A stretch of DNA of 63,914 nt, the filler included, from Octopus bimaculoides (lineage: Eukaryota): NCBI RefSeq assembly GCF_001194135.2. It is 6 parts of 5 records of this genome, joined end to end, with 100 filler letters (N's around TTAATTAATTAA, not from the genome) between each part and the next. Parts side by side here need not be neighbours in the genome. Positions count along the whole stretch, not along the records: positions 23,306 to 37,604 come from NC_068985.1; positions 37,705 to 57,757 come from NC_068983.1; 4 more parts are not named here. One strand, given 5' to 3'. The notes below the pieces were generated by a model. The model saw nothing but the letters and a program-made list of their open reading frames with translations. It ran no database searches and was not told the DNA's origin. A program made the position numbers and the translations under genes. Of this stretch, positions 25,607 through 40,804 are shown piece after piece. Every line of letters begins with the position of its first letter. The stretch's first letter is position 1.

Positions 25607-28029
25607 TGTGTGTGTGCGTGTGTATGTACACCTATGCATGTATGGGGGGATGAATATTGTTGGTAGAATGACGGAGGATATTGAAACAAAAGAACTAATA
25701 TAATGAATTTACATTTTTTAAACAGATTTCATCTGAGCTTTCGGTAAACTTCTAAGCACATTGATTGCTTTCATGCTAGGTTTTTACCAGAAAACATTGT
25801 GCTGCAAAAGAGAGAACTAATTAGTAACTAATTATTGATACAGAAATACTTTCTTATTGTTGCCGTAATTAAGAGAGGAAGGTTGTTGATATTTTCAATT
25901 ATTCATAATTTGTTTGGGAAAATAAGATCATAAATAAATAATTACGAACTAGTCATCAAGGTGTACATATAAATACATAAACATGATGACAATTCAGATA
26001 CTGAAACCTGACTTTGAGAAACAAATGAACAAACTAATAATAACAGTTGTGATAATGTTAGAAATTTGCATTAGGACGGCAATACGTACACTGAAATTAC
26101 GCGCTATTTTGCAAGCAAGCATTGGTTGAACCCAGATTAAGGCGGAAGATAGCAGCGTGTAGCGTTACTCGGAGCGAGATAAATGGAAGCTAAAAGACCC
26201 ACCTGTAAATATCCTATGTTCATTGTAAAGCTTAAAATGCTGCACCTTTCTACAGTTCATCGTCGTCATTCGCAACGTCACAATCGTTACCAAAACCCTT
26301 GGACTCCTCCACCACCTCCTCTTCCTTCGCTTCCTCCTCCTCCTCCCCTCCCCTCCCCTCCTCCTCCNNNNNNNNNNNNNNNNNNNNNNNNNNNNNNNNN
26401 NNNNNNNNNNNNNNNNNNNNNNNNNNNNNNNNNNNNNNNNNNNNNNNNNNNNNNNNNNNNNNNNNNNNNNNNNNNNNNNNNNNNNNNNNNNNNNNNNNNN
26501 NNNNNNNNNTTCTTCTTCTTCTTCTTCTTCTTCTTCTTCTTCTTCTTCTTCTTCTTCTTCTTCTTCTTCTTCTTCTTCTTCTTCTTCTTCTTCTTCTTCT
26601 TCTTCTTCTCCTCCTTCTGTATCTATATTTATATAATGTGATTTAATTTAGTATAAAAAATGTGAGAAAGTAGGTTAACGCTGAAATCAGAAGTAAAGAC
26701 AATATGCAACATTTGGTACACGTTGTATTTATAAGGTATATTCTTTATAGAAGCTGTTGATTTCTAAAACTTAAGCCATTAATTTTCAGTGTTTGCTAGT
26801 TAATATTAGCAACGATATAAATAAGCAACATGAAGTAGTCTATGGTGTTTACGTTTGAAAGCTATAGCTATTTATCACCAGTTTTACTGATGTTCTGACA
26901 TTAATGTCCAAACACAACACTTTGTCCCAATGACTGAACATTTCTGAAATATGCCGCCATCACTGTAATAAATAATTCTATGATTAAGGCTATGGTTCTA
27001 TTTTAATTAGATTTCATCAAAGTGCCTCTTTATTTCTCAATCTTAAAAGAAACCAGGATACTAACCAAAATTCTCTTTATTCCCATTTTATGCAGTAACA
27101 CTACACAACTAACCAGAACAAACAGACATGTCGGCAACTTAAAAAAGAAATGGCTGTCAAACAAAGTCGATGTAGCTTTACCGGAATCAATTATCGCTTC
27201 CACAGTTTTTGGTATATGATGTAAACATATGCAGTAGACTTCAGCAGGGCTTATGTTTTTCGGAATGAATGTTACTTTAGCGAAGACGTTTATTTACATA
27301 CATATATGTAATATTCATAATAATGAAGAGTATAGAGACTTATACATCCACAAATTTTGTTTATAGTAATATACAGCATAATATAATGATCGATACCCCT
27401 GCAATAATTGGGTTTGATATAACAAACAGAAGAATATAATCTAAACATAAAAATATTTAATAACCCTCATTAGTAATAAAAGTATATACTCTACACAATG
27501 TACAACACAATTAATGAGCAGCCCAACCAAAAAAATGAATGTAAACAAACGAGAATTCTTCAATACAAGCATTGCACTCGAAATCAAAAATAGTACACAC
27601 AACAATTAAACAAACAAAGAGCCTTCTAAAGACAATAATCTCGACGTTAACTTATTTGAAGACCAAGCTCTAACTTCGGAGAGCGAGTAGGGTGAAGTTG
27701 CGACCAACAGACGTACCTAGTTATAACAACCCCACCCCATATCCCACCGAACACTAACAAAACATTACTTAGTTCATCTGAGGATGACCAAATGGACGGA
27801 CACTGATAATGCTGCACCGACATTATAACTCTTCTCTCTCATCCCCCTCACAATATCTTGACCACCATCTAGCACTCCTTTTTTTTATTTTTCTTCCCTT
27901 TTTTTCTTTCTTTCCTCTTTCATCCCCTAATCCTTTTAACTAATACCATTCTCCCCTTAACACATTTATCAATGTTCTTCTCTATTCCACTTACCCCTAC
28001 CAGTACGTTCTCAAAATTTTATTCCCACC

Positions 28030-29165
<1,136 letters not shown>

Positions 29166-29210
29166 ACAACAAAGAGATGTATTAGTTTAACGCTCGGGAA
29201 ATGAGAAAGT

Positions 29211-29246
29211 CTTTTACGTTTCGAGCCTACGCACTTCAACAGAAAG
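29211..29246 (-). ncRNA. Minimal hammerhead-like motif (family 3, CUGUUGA core)
   Basis: CUUU CUGUUGA A GUGC-GUAG-GCUC GAAAC GUA AAAG; one mismatch in stem II. Confidence 0.55.
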
Positions 29247-32200
29247 GAAGACAGAAATAAACAAGGCGAGTCCGAGTTAGAGAGAGAGAGGGAGAGAGGG
29301 AGAGATGTCCATGGGACAAGCATACATATACGCATAATTAAGTGGCTTTAAACTCACTCTGCTCGATTTGAAGAAATGTCTTTCGTCGATGCAAAGTTCC
29401 ATTCAGGAAAACCTGGAACCGATTCTGTGAAGTTTCCTGTAGAAGGATTTAAACACTGCAAGCGGAAAGGTTATTTTTGTTATATATTTCATCATATATT
29501 GATTCAGCTTGCGTTTTATATTAATAATGCACGTCTCTGTAAAATGTTTCCGCGCTTACACTTTACATCAATGTAAAGGATGTTCATTTAACCTTTGTGG
29601 TGTGCTTATGATGAAAACTAACGGACATTAATTTGCTTAACGTATGCATCTTCCACCGCCAATTATTCACGTCTGCAGATGGACGGTAATATATTAATTG
29701 TATCTTTAGAATATCTACAATAACTAAAATGCAAATTATGTTTCCATACATTTTCATTTTCTTCATGCACAATCTGATTCATATATTATCACTGTCTGAT
29801 CTTTTGCTAAATCTAGATTCATCACTAACTCTACCATGCACTGATTAATGTACGTTACACCATGTACTACATATCCGTTTCATTTCTATCTCCTAATTTA
29901 AATATTCATAGTATCAAACACTTAATTTGAAGCGAATTATAATAACAATGCCACCGTGAATACATCTCTCTGACTATAAAAAATATTGCACACTTATATA
30001 CCTACAAATAATTCCTTTCCCATCGTGCAAATATGGCTGCGATGCACGTACTTCCGCTTTACATATCTCCAGTATCTGCCAAGATAAATGTAAAAGTTAT
30101 CAACAATGAAGACCAACGCTTTCCCAGACTATTTCTGCATTTGGGATATCTGAATAATTCTATTAGTTTTGTCCACAGTTTCGGGTATTCTGGTAGGGAA
30201 TTGCAAGACAGTAATAATTGGATGCGTTCGTAGTGAATCTTTCGGTTTGGCAAAGCTTATGTCGATCATCTGTACTCAAAGATACATATTTTTTTTTGGT
30301 TCTCAGAAAATTCAACTATCATGAATCGTCTAATTTTGTAATCCTTGAGGAGGAAAACTTGGAACCCCTTTTTCTCCATTTTGTTTAGTAGTTGCACGCA
30401 CGGCGAAATGAGATGCAGTAAATACTTTCACGAATTAATATTAAAATTACTATCAATGTAGAAATCATAATAACATGTGAAAATGCTAAGTAGTCTTTAT
30501 ATATTGCATAAATATATGAATAATTCACACTCAATCTTTTACCAATAATTAAAATGCTTACTGATTCTAAATTGTCTTGATGTTAAACCTGTGTACTGAC
30601 GAGAGGTGAAATAAACGATGCAAAAATGTGAAATAGACGCTGTTTGTCGAGGGTGTTTTTATTTATTTCGTTAAATGATTTATGATCGAAATGATGAACG
30701 ATTCCTTTGTGATAAACCCTTTTCACACTTCGTTTACGTAGGCCGTGTAAGATCATAATTTTAGACGATATGGAATGATTTGATGTATGGAATGAAGATG
30801 TTCTTTATGACCAGATCGAGTCATCACAGAGAGGGTCCCTTATTGTATCTAAGTCCCTAATTTGATTTAATAATAGGAGAAAGACCTACAAAATATTTAC
30901 GAACCAATGACAGATCCGCATCTCGATTTTTTGGACAATAAATATATCCAAACGGTGCTTCCAAAATTCAATATAGCTATGTTGATTTAACTCAAAACGC
31001 TCTTCAGAATGACACATAATATAGGCACCATAGGTAATGTAATGTAGCCTCTTTACAATGATGAAAAAAGAGGTACTGTATTACTCATGTTTTGTTTTGG
31101 AATTTTCCAAAACGTCAGGTTGAAATGCACATACTATTTACAAACCTTGTCAATTCTAAATTCCTATCTACATTCTTCTTTGAGAGGCTGCCATGCTGGT
31201 AACAACGTTTCCTTTATATTAGTTATTTTTTTTTATTGTGAGTCTCTCATCGTAAACTGAAACTAAGATACGCAAATATTTTCTCAACGGCTGTAAGATG
31301 GTTGTGGTTGATGGGTCGAAATACTTTGCTGGATAAAGTAACTCCTGATATTGTTATGTACCTTTGGGTGTTACCGTTCAAATCTATCTCAGTGATGATA
31401 AAATAAACAATAACTGTGTAATAGATCGATAGAGGTTTGTTTTGTTGATAGTTTTCAAGTAAAAAAAAAGGAAAAAAACTTAAATTTTCAACACGTAATT
31501 TTGTTCTCATCGATATTTCTTTCATTTATACATTATATGCAGATTGATTTGACAATGAATTTTTGTTAGACCTATAAGCTGTGTGTGAAAGTGCTTTCAG
31601 AAATAGCGACTTGAGAGGTTGTAAAGAATATTTTTTGAATATACATTCATCAATATGACACAAAACAATATACGTTCCATAATCTCTGACAAAATATATA
31701 TTTATATATTAACGACCTGTTTAAAGGTAAACGACATGATTCCTTTTATCTTTCATGCTATAGTTTTAAACTTTTCACTTAGACGGAAGTTTTCTGCCTA
31801 TTTTTTCTAAATATTCATATTTCTTTATTGCTACAAATGTTAAAGCAGTTATATTTACATGCGCTACACGAACCACCTTGGAAGGTTTCTATTTATTATC
31901 AATAATGTCAGAAAGTGAGACAATGGCTTAGATATTATTTCAAGTTTGAACGATATTTTAGCGTTCATTAATATTAAACATCGTGGTGCCTTCCTAAGAA
32001 TCGATCTCCGGTAGCATTAATAAACTACTTTTGTATTCTATTAAAATCGAAAAAGGTGTTAGCTCTTAAAAACATTATGATTGCCGAAGAAAGAATAGGA
32101 AACTCTGTATAGCTTTTTCAACTGTAATCTGTTTTTGATTTATCTGTCAATTACTGGCGTTAAATAGAAATGTAAAAAAAAAAAAAATTAATGAGTGAGT

Positions 32201-34532
32201 CTTGCCACCTTCATCTTGCCGAATAAATGAATACAACCGGCTAAAGATGGATTTGCAGTTCTGATTCAAAATGAATTTTGGGCTTAACTCAACCGGAATA
32301 GAAACTATAGTGCACAAACAACACGACATTATTACTTATGTTTACATGGCTGTAGTTAGAATTAATTTTCCTAAGTACAATGTACAATACGTTTTTGCTT
32401 TTTCAGATTTCGTTTTGACCTGCTAAGAAAATACAATTGAAGCAAATTATCAAAGACTAAACGGACGTGTGTTAGTTTAGTTCTTCAGCGGAGACAGTTG
32501 TCAATTCATTTAACAAATAATTTAGACTCTAGTTTTTATATCTCCACAGAAGATGAGATCGTATAATATTGATAAATGTTTAAAGAGCAGTAATAGACTA
32601 TGTTACGTAAAATTGAAAGTGACTGAATATATAAATTGAATCGTATTAGCAAAGCAGAGAATTTGAATTATATAATAATTAGAGGAGTTCTTTGATAAGC
32701 ACAATATGTAATAACAAAATGTTTGTAATGTATTACATTTTAGGAATACTTTAAATATGTATTTCTCGAAAAGGCAGGAGACAATTAAATTCAGTTAGTC
32801 ACTTTTTTGTCTCATCGGTGAAATTAAGTGGAATGTGTGATAACATGAATCAGGAGACGTGTGACTTTCAGAAAATATTTCTTTCCAATTGCATCACCAG
32901 ATTAGACCAGAGTTAATAGGTTTTTATTTTTGTTAATGTGTATGCATTAGCTTCAATTCATTGTCCCTATTAGCTATGTTATAATATTACTACACTAGGA
33001 ATACTTCATTAACTATCCATGTGTTTATGCATATTCAAACCGAATTATTATTTAATAAGCATTAAAAAGCACCACATCTTCAGGCAATGCGTTCCTGAAA
33101 TTAGTTAACGAGAAGTATGAAACTAGCATTATTTCAAATAACTTATTTCATGATTTCAACAAAATAATTGATTCAGTAAAATAGAATGTAGACTTTGCTA
33201 TCAAATCGGTTGAAATGATATAATATACATCTCATTTACAATTAATCGATATATGAGATATAAAAACTTGGATTATCCCCTATCATACACACCTTTATAA
33301 TCCATAATATTGTTTTGTCTGAGGATAGTATATAATTTTTGCTTCCATTTTTCTTGAGCTCCGATTGCTCAAAGCAAATTACCATAAAATACTACAAATA
33401 ACAGTCAAAAATATTCAAAACTAAGATCATCTGAATATTCAAAGTTCTCGTTTTCGCTTTCATTGAACATGTTTCTGGAAGTAAGTTATATTACATTATG
33501 ATTCGTTTTGAATATGCATCCCATATCGAACTGGTTTCTCATGACAAACATTTTTCACAAAATCCACTTATATGACAAGAGGCTACAAATTATTAATTGA
33601 TATTTTATGAGGAAACGAGGCTAGTGATGCAAAAAGACTATATTAGATATAATATGGGACAAGCAAATGGAGTTCAATGCTGGGAGCAGAGAACAACGGT
33701 CAAAAATGGGAGAGACAAGCATAGATGATAATAGGAATAACTAATAAAAGATTGAAAAGACAATCATTTCTGCAGATATGTGGATTATGAGATAACTGAA
33801 GCATACAGAAAAACAAAATTGCAAATATTCGTAAAAGTAATCTAATGTTATCTCAGCCGGGGGTAAAATATAGACATTAAGCCAGTATGCCAACATTTGC
33901 TTAATTATAGATAACATATATTACTAATATTATTAATATTTTCAAAGAAATATGCTTCAAAGTAGTAAATTTTCCGACAAACTAATATAAATTTTGCCTT
34001 TTCGAGTAATAATGATGGAAACACTTTAAGGCACCTTCTGAAGTTTGGAAAGAGAGATTGCCACGAGCGGTAATAATATTATGAATATAATTTTAAGCAA
34101 AATAGGGTTTCAAGCAGGGAATAATTAACATAAACCGAATTGCAAATATATAGAAATGTAAGGTACTTGGGACATAATACATGCTAGAGTTGTGAAGGGG
34201 AGATGGGGTCGTAATACCCCAGCAGCGTCTATGGAAGAAAACCTTATTGCAATGAAGAGAGATGATTATAATCCAGACTTAAAGCAACGGGGGCAGAATT
34301 TCATGTTTCCGATGACGAAACAAATTGCAAGAAAAAAATCTAGTAAGGATTGATGGTGGCTAAAAATAAAATACAAGTCATAAAAATAAGTTCGTTCACC
34401 TTCAGAGGACAGGGAATTGTAAATATCCTTATGAAAAGTGTTTTTTGAAAATCTAGTTATGAACGTAACCAGATCACAGCCAGACGATTCTATGAGCGAG
34501 AAAGCGCGTTGGTTATATATAATGACTTCATT

Positions 34533-34924
34533 TAGGCACAGGCGTGTGTGTGTAGTAAGAAGCTTGCTTCTCAACCACATGGCTTTGGGCTCAGTCGCAA
34601 TGCGTGGCTCATTGGACAGGTGTATTCTACTATAGCTTTGGAGCAACAAAAGGCTTGTGAGTGGATCTGATGGGCGGAAACCGAACGAAGTCCGTCTTTT
34701 ATGTAGGTACATATGTGTCTTTGTACTTGTCCTTGCCAACTGGTGTTTTGATGTGTTTATCTCCCTACAAGCTAGCGTTTCAGCAAAAGGAACCCATAAA
34801 ATCTGTACCTGGCGCCAGCAAACAAAATAAATACTGCGCAAGTTCCATTCGACTTACGATTCTGCCAGGTGTTGCTCCATCATGGCCACAATCTAATGAC
34901 CGAAACAAGTAAAAGATAAAAGAT
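34533..34924 (+). mobile_element. SINE family A, older copy
   Basis: tRNA-like head (aggcacaggcgtgtg..gtagtaagaagcttgc..ccacatgg..gggctcagtc) and tail gaaacaagtaaaagataaaag. Confidence 0.8.
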
Positions 34925-35076
34925 GGTATTAAAAAGTAGCTTACCTCCCACATGGTTCCGGGTTGAGTCCCACTGCGTGGAACCTTGGGCAAGTGTCTTT
35001 TACTATAGCCTCGGGCCGACCAAAGCCTTGTGAGTAGATATGGTAAACAGAAACTGGAAGAAGCCCGTCGTATATG

Positions 35077-35138
<62 letters not shown>

Positions 35139-35390
35139 TGTGTGTGTGCGTGCGCGAGCGCTTGTGTGAGTGTGTGTGTGTTTCAGTGTCTGTGTTTGTC
35201 CCCCCAACTTCGCTTGACAACCGATGCTGGTGTATTTACGTCCCCGTACCTTAGCGGTTCGGCAAAAGACCGATAGAATAAGTACTAGGCTTACAAAAGA
35301 ATAAGTCCTGGGGTCGATTTGCTCGACTGAAGGCAGTGCTCCAGCGTGGCCGCAGTAAAATTACTGAAACAAGTAAAAGAGTAAAAGAGA
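34925..35390 (+). mobile_element. SINE family A, young copy with long internal (TA)/(TG) microsatellite
   Basis: B-box-like gggttgagtccc, ctatagcctcgggccgaccaaagcc, internal microsatellite, 3' domain to aacaagtaaaagagt. Confidence 0.85.
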
Positions 35391-35869
35391 GAGAAAGCGT
35401 ATTATTAAGAAAAGAAGTTGTATATTGAAGTAAATCTCGTAAACATACCCAACTCATTCTGAAATGACTCTCGTTTTATATAAAGATTGATGCTTTATAT
35501 AAAATGTTTCAACAACGTAATTCAGTTGGAACGAAACAGTCTGCTGGCGGTTCATACGCTAGCAAAAGAGCATAAATTATAGTAAACAATTTATAGGAAA
35601 TACGAGACACGGCAACTTGTACGTAACTTCCAATCCATCGAAGTTCATCAAATTTAAGAAGCTTCAATATGAAGTAACTCGGTGAAATAAAACAGTCTGC
35701 AAAGCTTTAGGCGTAATATCTTCGTATTTCATTTCTATGTAATTGTATTTCGGATATTTTGAACTTAAAAGACAAATCAAGATACAGCTTACGATTATCG
35801 ATATCAAAAGAACCGCAATTACTATGTACAGCATATTTGTTCTTCACCTGTGTTTTTGATACACGACAA

Positions 35870-36219
35870 TCTTCTTCTTCTTCTTCTTCTTCTTCTTCTT
35901 CTTCTTCTTCTTCTTCTTCTTCTTCTTCTTCTTTTTCTTCTTCTTCTTCTTCTTCTTCTTCTTTTTCCTCTTCTTCTTCTTCTTCTTCTTCTTCTTCTTT
36001 TTCTTCTTTTTCTTCTTCTTCTTCTTCTTCTTCTTTTTCTTCTTCTTCTTCCTCTTCTTCTTCTTTTTCTTCTTCTTTTTCTTCTTCTTCTTCTTTTTCT
36101 TCTTTTTCTTTTTTTCTTCTTCTTCTTCTTCTTCTTCTTCTTCTTCTTTTTTTTCTTCTTCTTCATCATCATTTTCTTCTTCTCCTCCTCCCTCTCTCCT
36201 CCACCCCGTCCTCATCCTC
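35870..36219. repeat. (TTC)n/pyrimidine microsatellite
   Basis: Direct observation; source of the spurious poly-S/L/K ORFs. Confidence 0.95.
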
Positions 36220-37043
36220 NNNNNNNNNNNNNNNNNNNNNNNNNNNNNNNNNNNNNNNNNNNNNNNNNNNNNNNNNNNNNNNNNNNNNNNNNNNNNNNNN
36301 NNNNNNNNNNNNNNNNNNNNNNNNNNNNNNNNNNNNNNNNNNNNNNNNNNNNNNNNNNNNNNNNNNNNNNNNNNNNNNNNNNNNNNNNNNNNNNNNNNNN
36401 NNNNNNNNNNNNNNNNNNNNNNNNNNNNNNNNNNNNNNNNNNNNNNNNNNNNNNNNNNNNNNNNNNNNNNNNNNNNNNNNNNNNNNNNNNNNNNNNNNNN
36501 NNNNNNNNNNNNNNNNNNNNNNNNNNNNNNNNNNNNNNNNNNNNNNNNNNNNNNNNNNNNNNNNNNNNNNNNNNNNNNNNNNNNNNNNNNNNNNNNNNNN
36601 NNNNNNNNNNNNNNNNNNNNNNNNNNNNNNNNNNNNNNNNNNNNNNNNNNNNNNNNNNNNNNNNNNNNNNNNNNNNNNNNNNNNNNNNNNNNNNNNNNNN
36701 NNNNNNNNNNNNNNNNNNNNNNNNNNNNNNNNNNNNNNNNNNNNNNNNNNNNNNNNNNNNNNNNNNNNNNNNNNNNNNNNNNNNNNNNNNNNNNNNNNNN
36801 NNNNNNNNNNNNNNNNNNNNNNNNNNNNNNNNNNNNNNNNNNNNNNNNNNNNNNNNNNNNNNNNNNNNNNNNNNNNNNNNNNNNNNNNNNNNNNNNNNNN
36901 NNNNNNNNNNNNNNNNNNNNNNNNNNNNNNNNNNNNNNNNNNNNNNNNNNNNNNNNNNNNNNNNNNNNNNNNNNNNNNNNNNNNNNNNNNNNNNNNNNNN
37001 NNNNNNNNNNNNNNNNNNNNNNNNNNNNNNNNNNNNNNNNNNN

Positions 37044-37103
<60 letters not shown>

Positions 37104-37443
37104 AATGTATGTGTAATTTTTAAGCTTATATAAATATACCATTATTATTTACACAATTGTAAAAACGGCGCCGTAAAAAGACCATTCGCACCGAGAGCAT
37201 ATATATGTATATATATATGTAACTGTATGTGTGTGTGTATATCTATCTGTCTATCTATATATCTACACACACACACACACACACGCACACACACACAACA
37301 CACACACCCGCGAACGCACACACACATACACACACACACGCATATATATATATGGGAGAATATACAAATAATAACAACAGACGAGGACAGGTGGTGTAAA
37401 TAACAAAAGTATATATTAGTATGACGCTCGGGAATACGGAAAG

Positions 37444-37480
37444 TCTTTGACGTTTCGAGCTACGCTCTTCAACAGAAAGA
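37444..37480 (-). ncRNA. Minimal hammerhead-like motif (family 3, CUGUUGA core)
   Basis: UCUUU CUGUUGA A GAGC-GUA-GCUC GAAAC GUC AAAGA; 5-bp stem I, 4-bp stem II, ACGU palindrome as stem III. Confidence 0.65.
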
Positions 37481-37704
37481 ATACGGAGACAAGGAGAAAA
37501 ACACGGAGAAAAAAAAATTGAATAGTGTTCAGTCAACGGTCAATCATAATAATGGCCGATCATAACAATGGCTGACCGGAAGTAAGAAATTCTTATTTCA
37601 GGAGNNNNNNNNNNNNNNNNNNNNNNNNNNNNNNNNNNNNNNNNNNNNTTAATTAATTAANNNNNNNNNNNNNNNNNNNNNNNNNNNNNNNNNNNNNNNN
37701 NNNN

Positions 37705-39190
37705 ATATGTGTCATTTGATCAATGAGGGAGTTTGATGCTGCTGCCCTCATCTGTGTTTCTTGCCCTGAGGTAGGCTCATCTGGAACCCGTAATAGGATG
37801 AGGTCCAGTTTCATTTTAAAGACACCTACATCCACACCATGCAGGTCTCTCAGGCATTTTGGAAGAATATTAAAGAGCTGTGGGCCCCTGAAACCCAAGC
37901 TGTTGTAGTATCTGGTCCTGCATTTTGATGGCGATGCTGGGATCTTTGGCACTATGCGTGGCGCCCCATTCTGTATTTTGAATAACTTTCAATGCCAAAG
38001 TTTGGTACAAGGCTTTCTAGGATTTTCCAAATGTATATCACTGCATATCTCTCCTACCTTCGTGCCAGGGAGACGAATTTTAATTCTTTAAGTCTTTCCC
38101 AGTAGCTGACATGTTGCATCGAGACAATTTTCTTGATGTAGCTTCATTGGATTTCTTCGAGTTCCACTGCTGATTTTTTATTGTGTGGAGACCATAGTTG
38201 GGGACAATAGTCTAAGCGGCTGAGTACATATGTCCTACAGAGGATCATCAATGTCTCCTTTTCTCTTCTTGTTTTGAAAGTTTGGAGGATCCAGCCAGTC
38301 AGCCATCTGTATTTTATTACCAAATAGGTAATGTGCACCTGGAAAGATGCATCATTGCTCGTGTCACTCACTGATTTTGATTCAGGGATTTCCTCCTGGG
38401 CCAGTGTATCCTGTCTACATGTCATTTAGCTTTGTGTGATGGTAGCGTAGGGCCTGGAATTTTCCTACATTAAACTGCATGTTGTTGTCCTCAGTCCACC
38501 TGTATATTGCATCCAACTCTCGTTGCAGATGTGCAATATTTCCAAGATTTTGTATTGTTTGAGAGACTTTTGTGTCATCTGCATAGCTAGCAAGGGTAGC
38601 TATCTGAGCAGCCAAGGGCATGTCTGAGAGGGCCACTATGAACAGCAGTGGCCCCAAAACAGTTCCCTGTAGAACACCACTTGCTATTTGCGTTTCCTTG
38701 GAGGTGGCTCCATTGGAAACTACTGCCTAACATCTCTCCTTTAGAAAGTTGTGCAGCCATTCTCCAAGTTTTCCACATATGCCCAGATCGCGCAGTTTGT
38801 GACATATCATACCATGCTCAACTTTGTCAAAGGCTTTTGCAAAGTCGAGATATATCACATCAACGCTTGAGTCATTGAGCAGCTGTTTTAATACCCAGTC
38901 GTAGTGTTGCAGGAGCCGTGTCAGACAGCTTCTACCTGGACGAAAGCCATGCTGGGTGTCAGTCTGTAAGTCATTTTCTTCTAGGAACATGATTAGTTTC
39001 TTGCAGGCTATTCATTCCATGACTTTACTGATATGTGAGGTTAGGGAGGCTCTGCTTCCTCCTTTATGGATAGGGCATAGTATCCCTTCTTTCAGTTTGT
39101 CCGGGAGCTTACCGCTTGCAAGGAAGCTCTGGAAGAGAAGCTGCAGTGGTTTTGTAAGAGCTAGAAACCCATCCAGGCCAGCTGCTGAGT
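37705..39190 (-). mobile_element. CR1-type LINE, 5'-truncated, RT pseudogene
   Basis: QHGFRPGRSC, VDVIYLDFAKAFDKV, SGVLQGTVLGPLLF, YADDTK, SRLDYCPQLWSP, GPQLFNILPK.LRDL. Confidence 0.93.
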
Positions 39191-39200
39191 TTGTAAATAC

Positions 39201-39237
<37 letters not shown>

Positions 39238-39924
39238 CATACGTACATACATATATATTTGTGCATATATATATATATATATATATATTTATAAATATTT
39301 ATGTACATACATATATATACTGTGTGAGTGAATGGACAAATGAAAGACGGGCACTCACTGCCGACAACCCAGATATACCACCTTAGCACTAGCTGTTACT
39401 TTGCACCACCTGCACCAAAGTCACTGCTACTAACCAACCACACAAGCAGGACTGCCATTTACCAATCCCTAATGCATACCAACTCACAACGCTTGCCAAT
39501 GCCCAACACTTGTTTTGCGTGTGTATACTTGTGTGTGTATACTGGTAGTTATGCAAATATACACATGTGCAGATGAATGGATATGTGCATGTATGTGTAT
39601 ATATGCATATGTATGTTTATCCAAGCATGTCTGTGTGTGCAGACATGCATGTGCATGCCCATGTACAGATGCACACACATCAATATATACATGCACGCAA
39701 AACTATGAGAGCAACTACACACCCACATCTAGAACTATATACTTGCACATGCCGCCTCTCCCTACTTTTCCCCCTCCCCCCAACAAGAACCTGGCTGACT
39801 TCTCGTCTATTTCTTGTCTTCCACATGGTCAATTTCCTGTACACCAAGCAGTATTTTCCAACTGTTACCCATAAACCAACATCAAACCACGACACTGCGT
39901 GACCTCCCACAACCAATCACAGCC

Positions 39925-39995
39925 CATCTTACGATAGTAACAATCAACATGGATGGACTAAAAAATAAAATTACAACCGAGCTAAATTTAAATTA
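39925..39995 (+). mobile_element. Possible start of a LINE APE endonuclease ORF
   Basis: LTIVTINMDGLKNK resembles the I.T.N.NGL.NK start of APE domains; short match only. Confidence 0.3.
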
Positions 39996-40424
39996 AATTA
40001 TAAGCTTCCTTGTTAGCTATTAATAAAATAGTTAAAACCCACTGTGTCCAAATGGTATAGAGTAAAATATGCTATGACTTAGGTAAGTCTAGAGGCAACA
40101 AAGCAGAAAGTATTCAACATTAGTTCAAAAGAAGCATTTCCTCAACTGCTACAAGTTAATGGAAGAAACAGAAATGTGATAATGCTGGGATTCAATAATT
40201 TGCAATCCCTGAAATGAGAAAGTGGTCGGAAATGGACATAATCATGTTAAGTAAAAGTTGTTAATAAGCAAGATGAAACTCACAAGAAGGCACTAAAGAT
40301 TAAGGGTGAACAAAACTAAAAATTTAGGACAAAAAACTAATAGGAAATTGTAATGAAGTGAGGAGCTACAGGAATGGGATCTTCCAAACAATTGGATACT
40401 CTTTCCATGGGTATTGTTTTTTTC

Positions 40425-40804
40425 TTTTTAACTTTTCTACTTGTTTCAGTCATTTGACTGCGGCCATGCTGGAGCACCGCCTTTAGTCGAGCAAATCGAT
40501 CCCAGGACTTATTCTTTGTAAGCCTAGTATTTATTCTATCGGTCTCTTTTGCCGAACAGCTAAGTGACAGGGACATAAACACACCAGCATTGGTTGTCAA
40601 GCAATGCTAGGGGGACAAACACAGACACACATACATATATACAACGGGCTTCTTTCAGTTTCCGTCTATCAAATCCACTCACAAGGCTTTGGTCGGCCCG
40701 AGACTATAGTAGAAGACACTTGCCCAAGATGCCACGCAGTGGGAGTGAACCCGGAACCATGTGGTTGGTAAGCAAGCTACTTACAACACAGCCACTCCTG
40801 CGCC
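40425..40804 (-). mobile_element. SINE family A, young near-complete copy
   Basis: Minus-strand head aggcgcaggagtggctgtgttgtaagtagcttgcttaccaaccacatggttccgggttcactccc (A/B-box-like). Confidence 0.88.

Noticed and set aside
27350-27800. Possible Penelope ORF remnant upstream of the HHR arms
   Set aside because: No RT or GIY-YIG motif could be read in any frame.
30033-30253. Short ORFs with EYPKLW, faintly hAT-like
   Set aside because: Too short, no additional motifs and no TIRs recognised.
40750-40804. tRNA gene
   Set aside because: A/B-box-like head belongs to a SINE; no complete cloverleaf.
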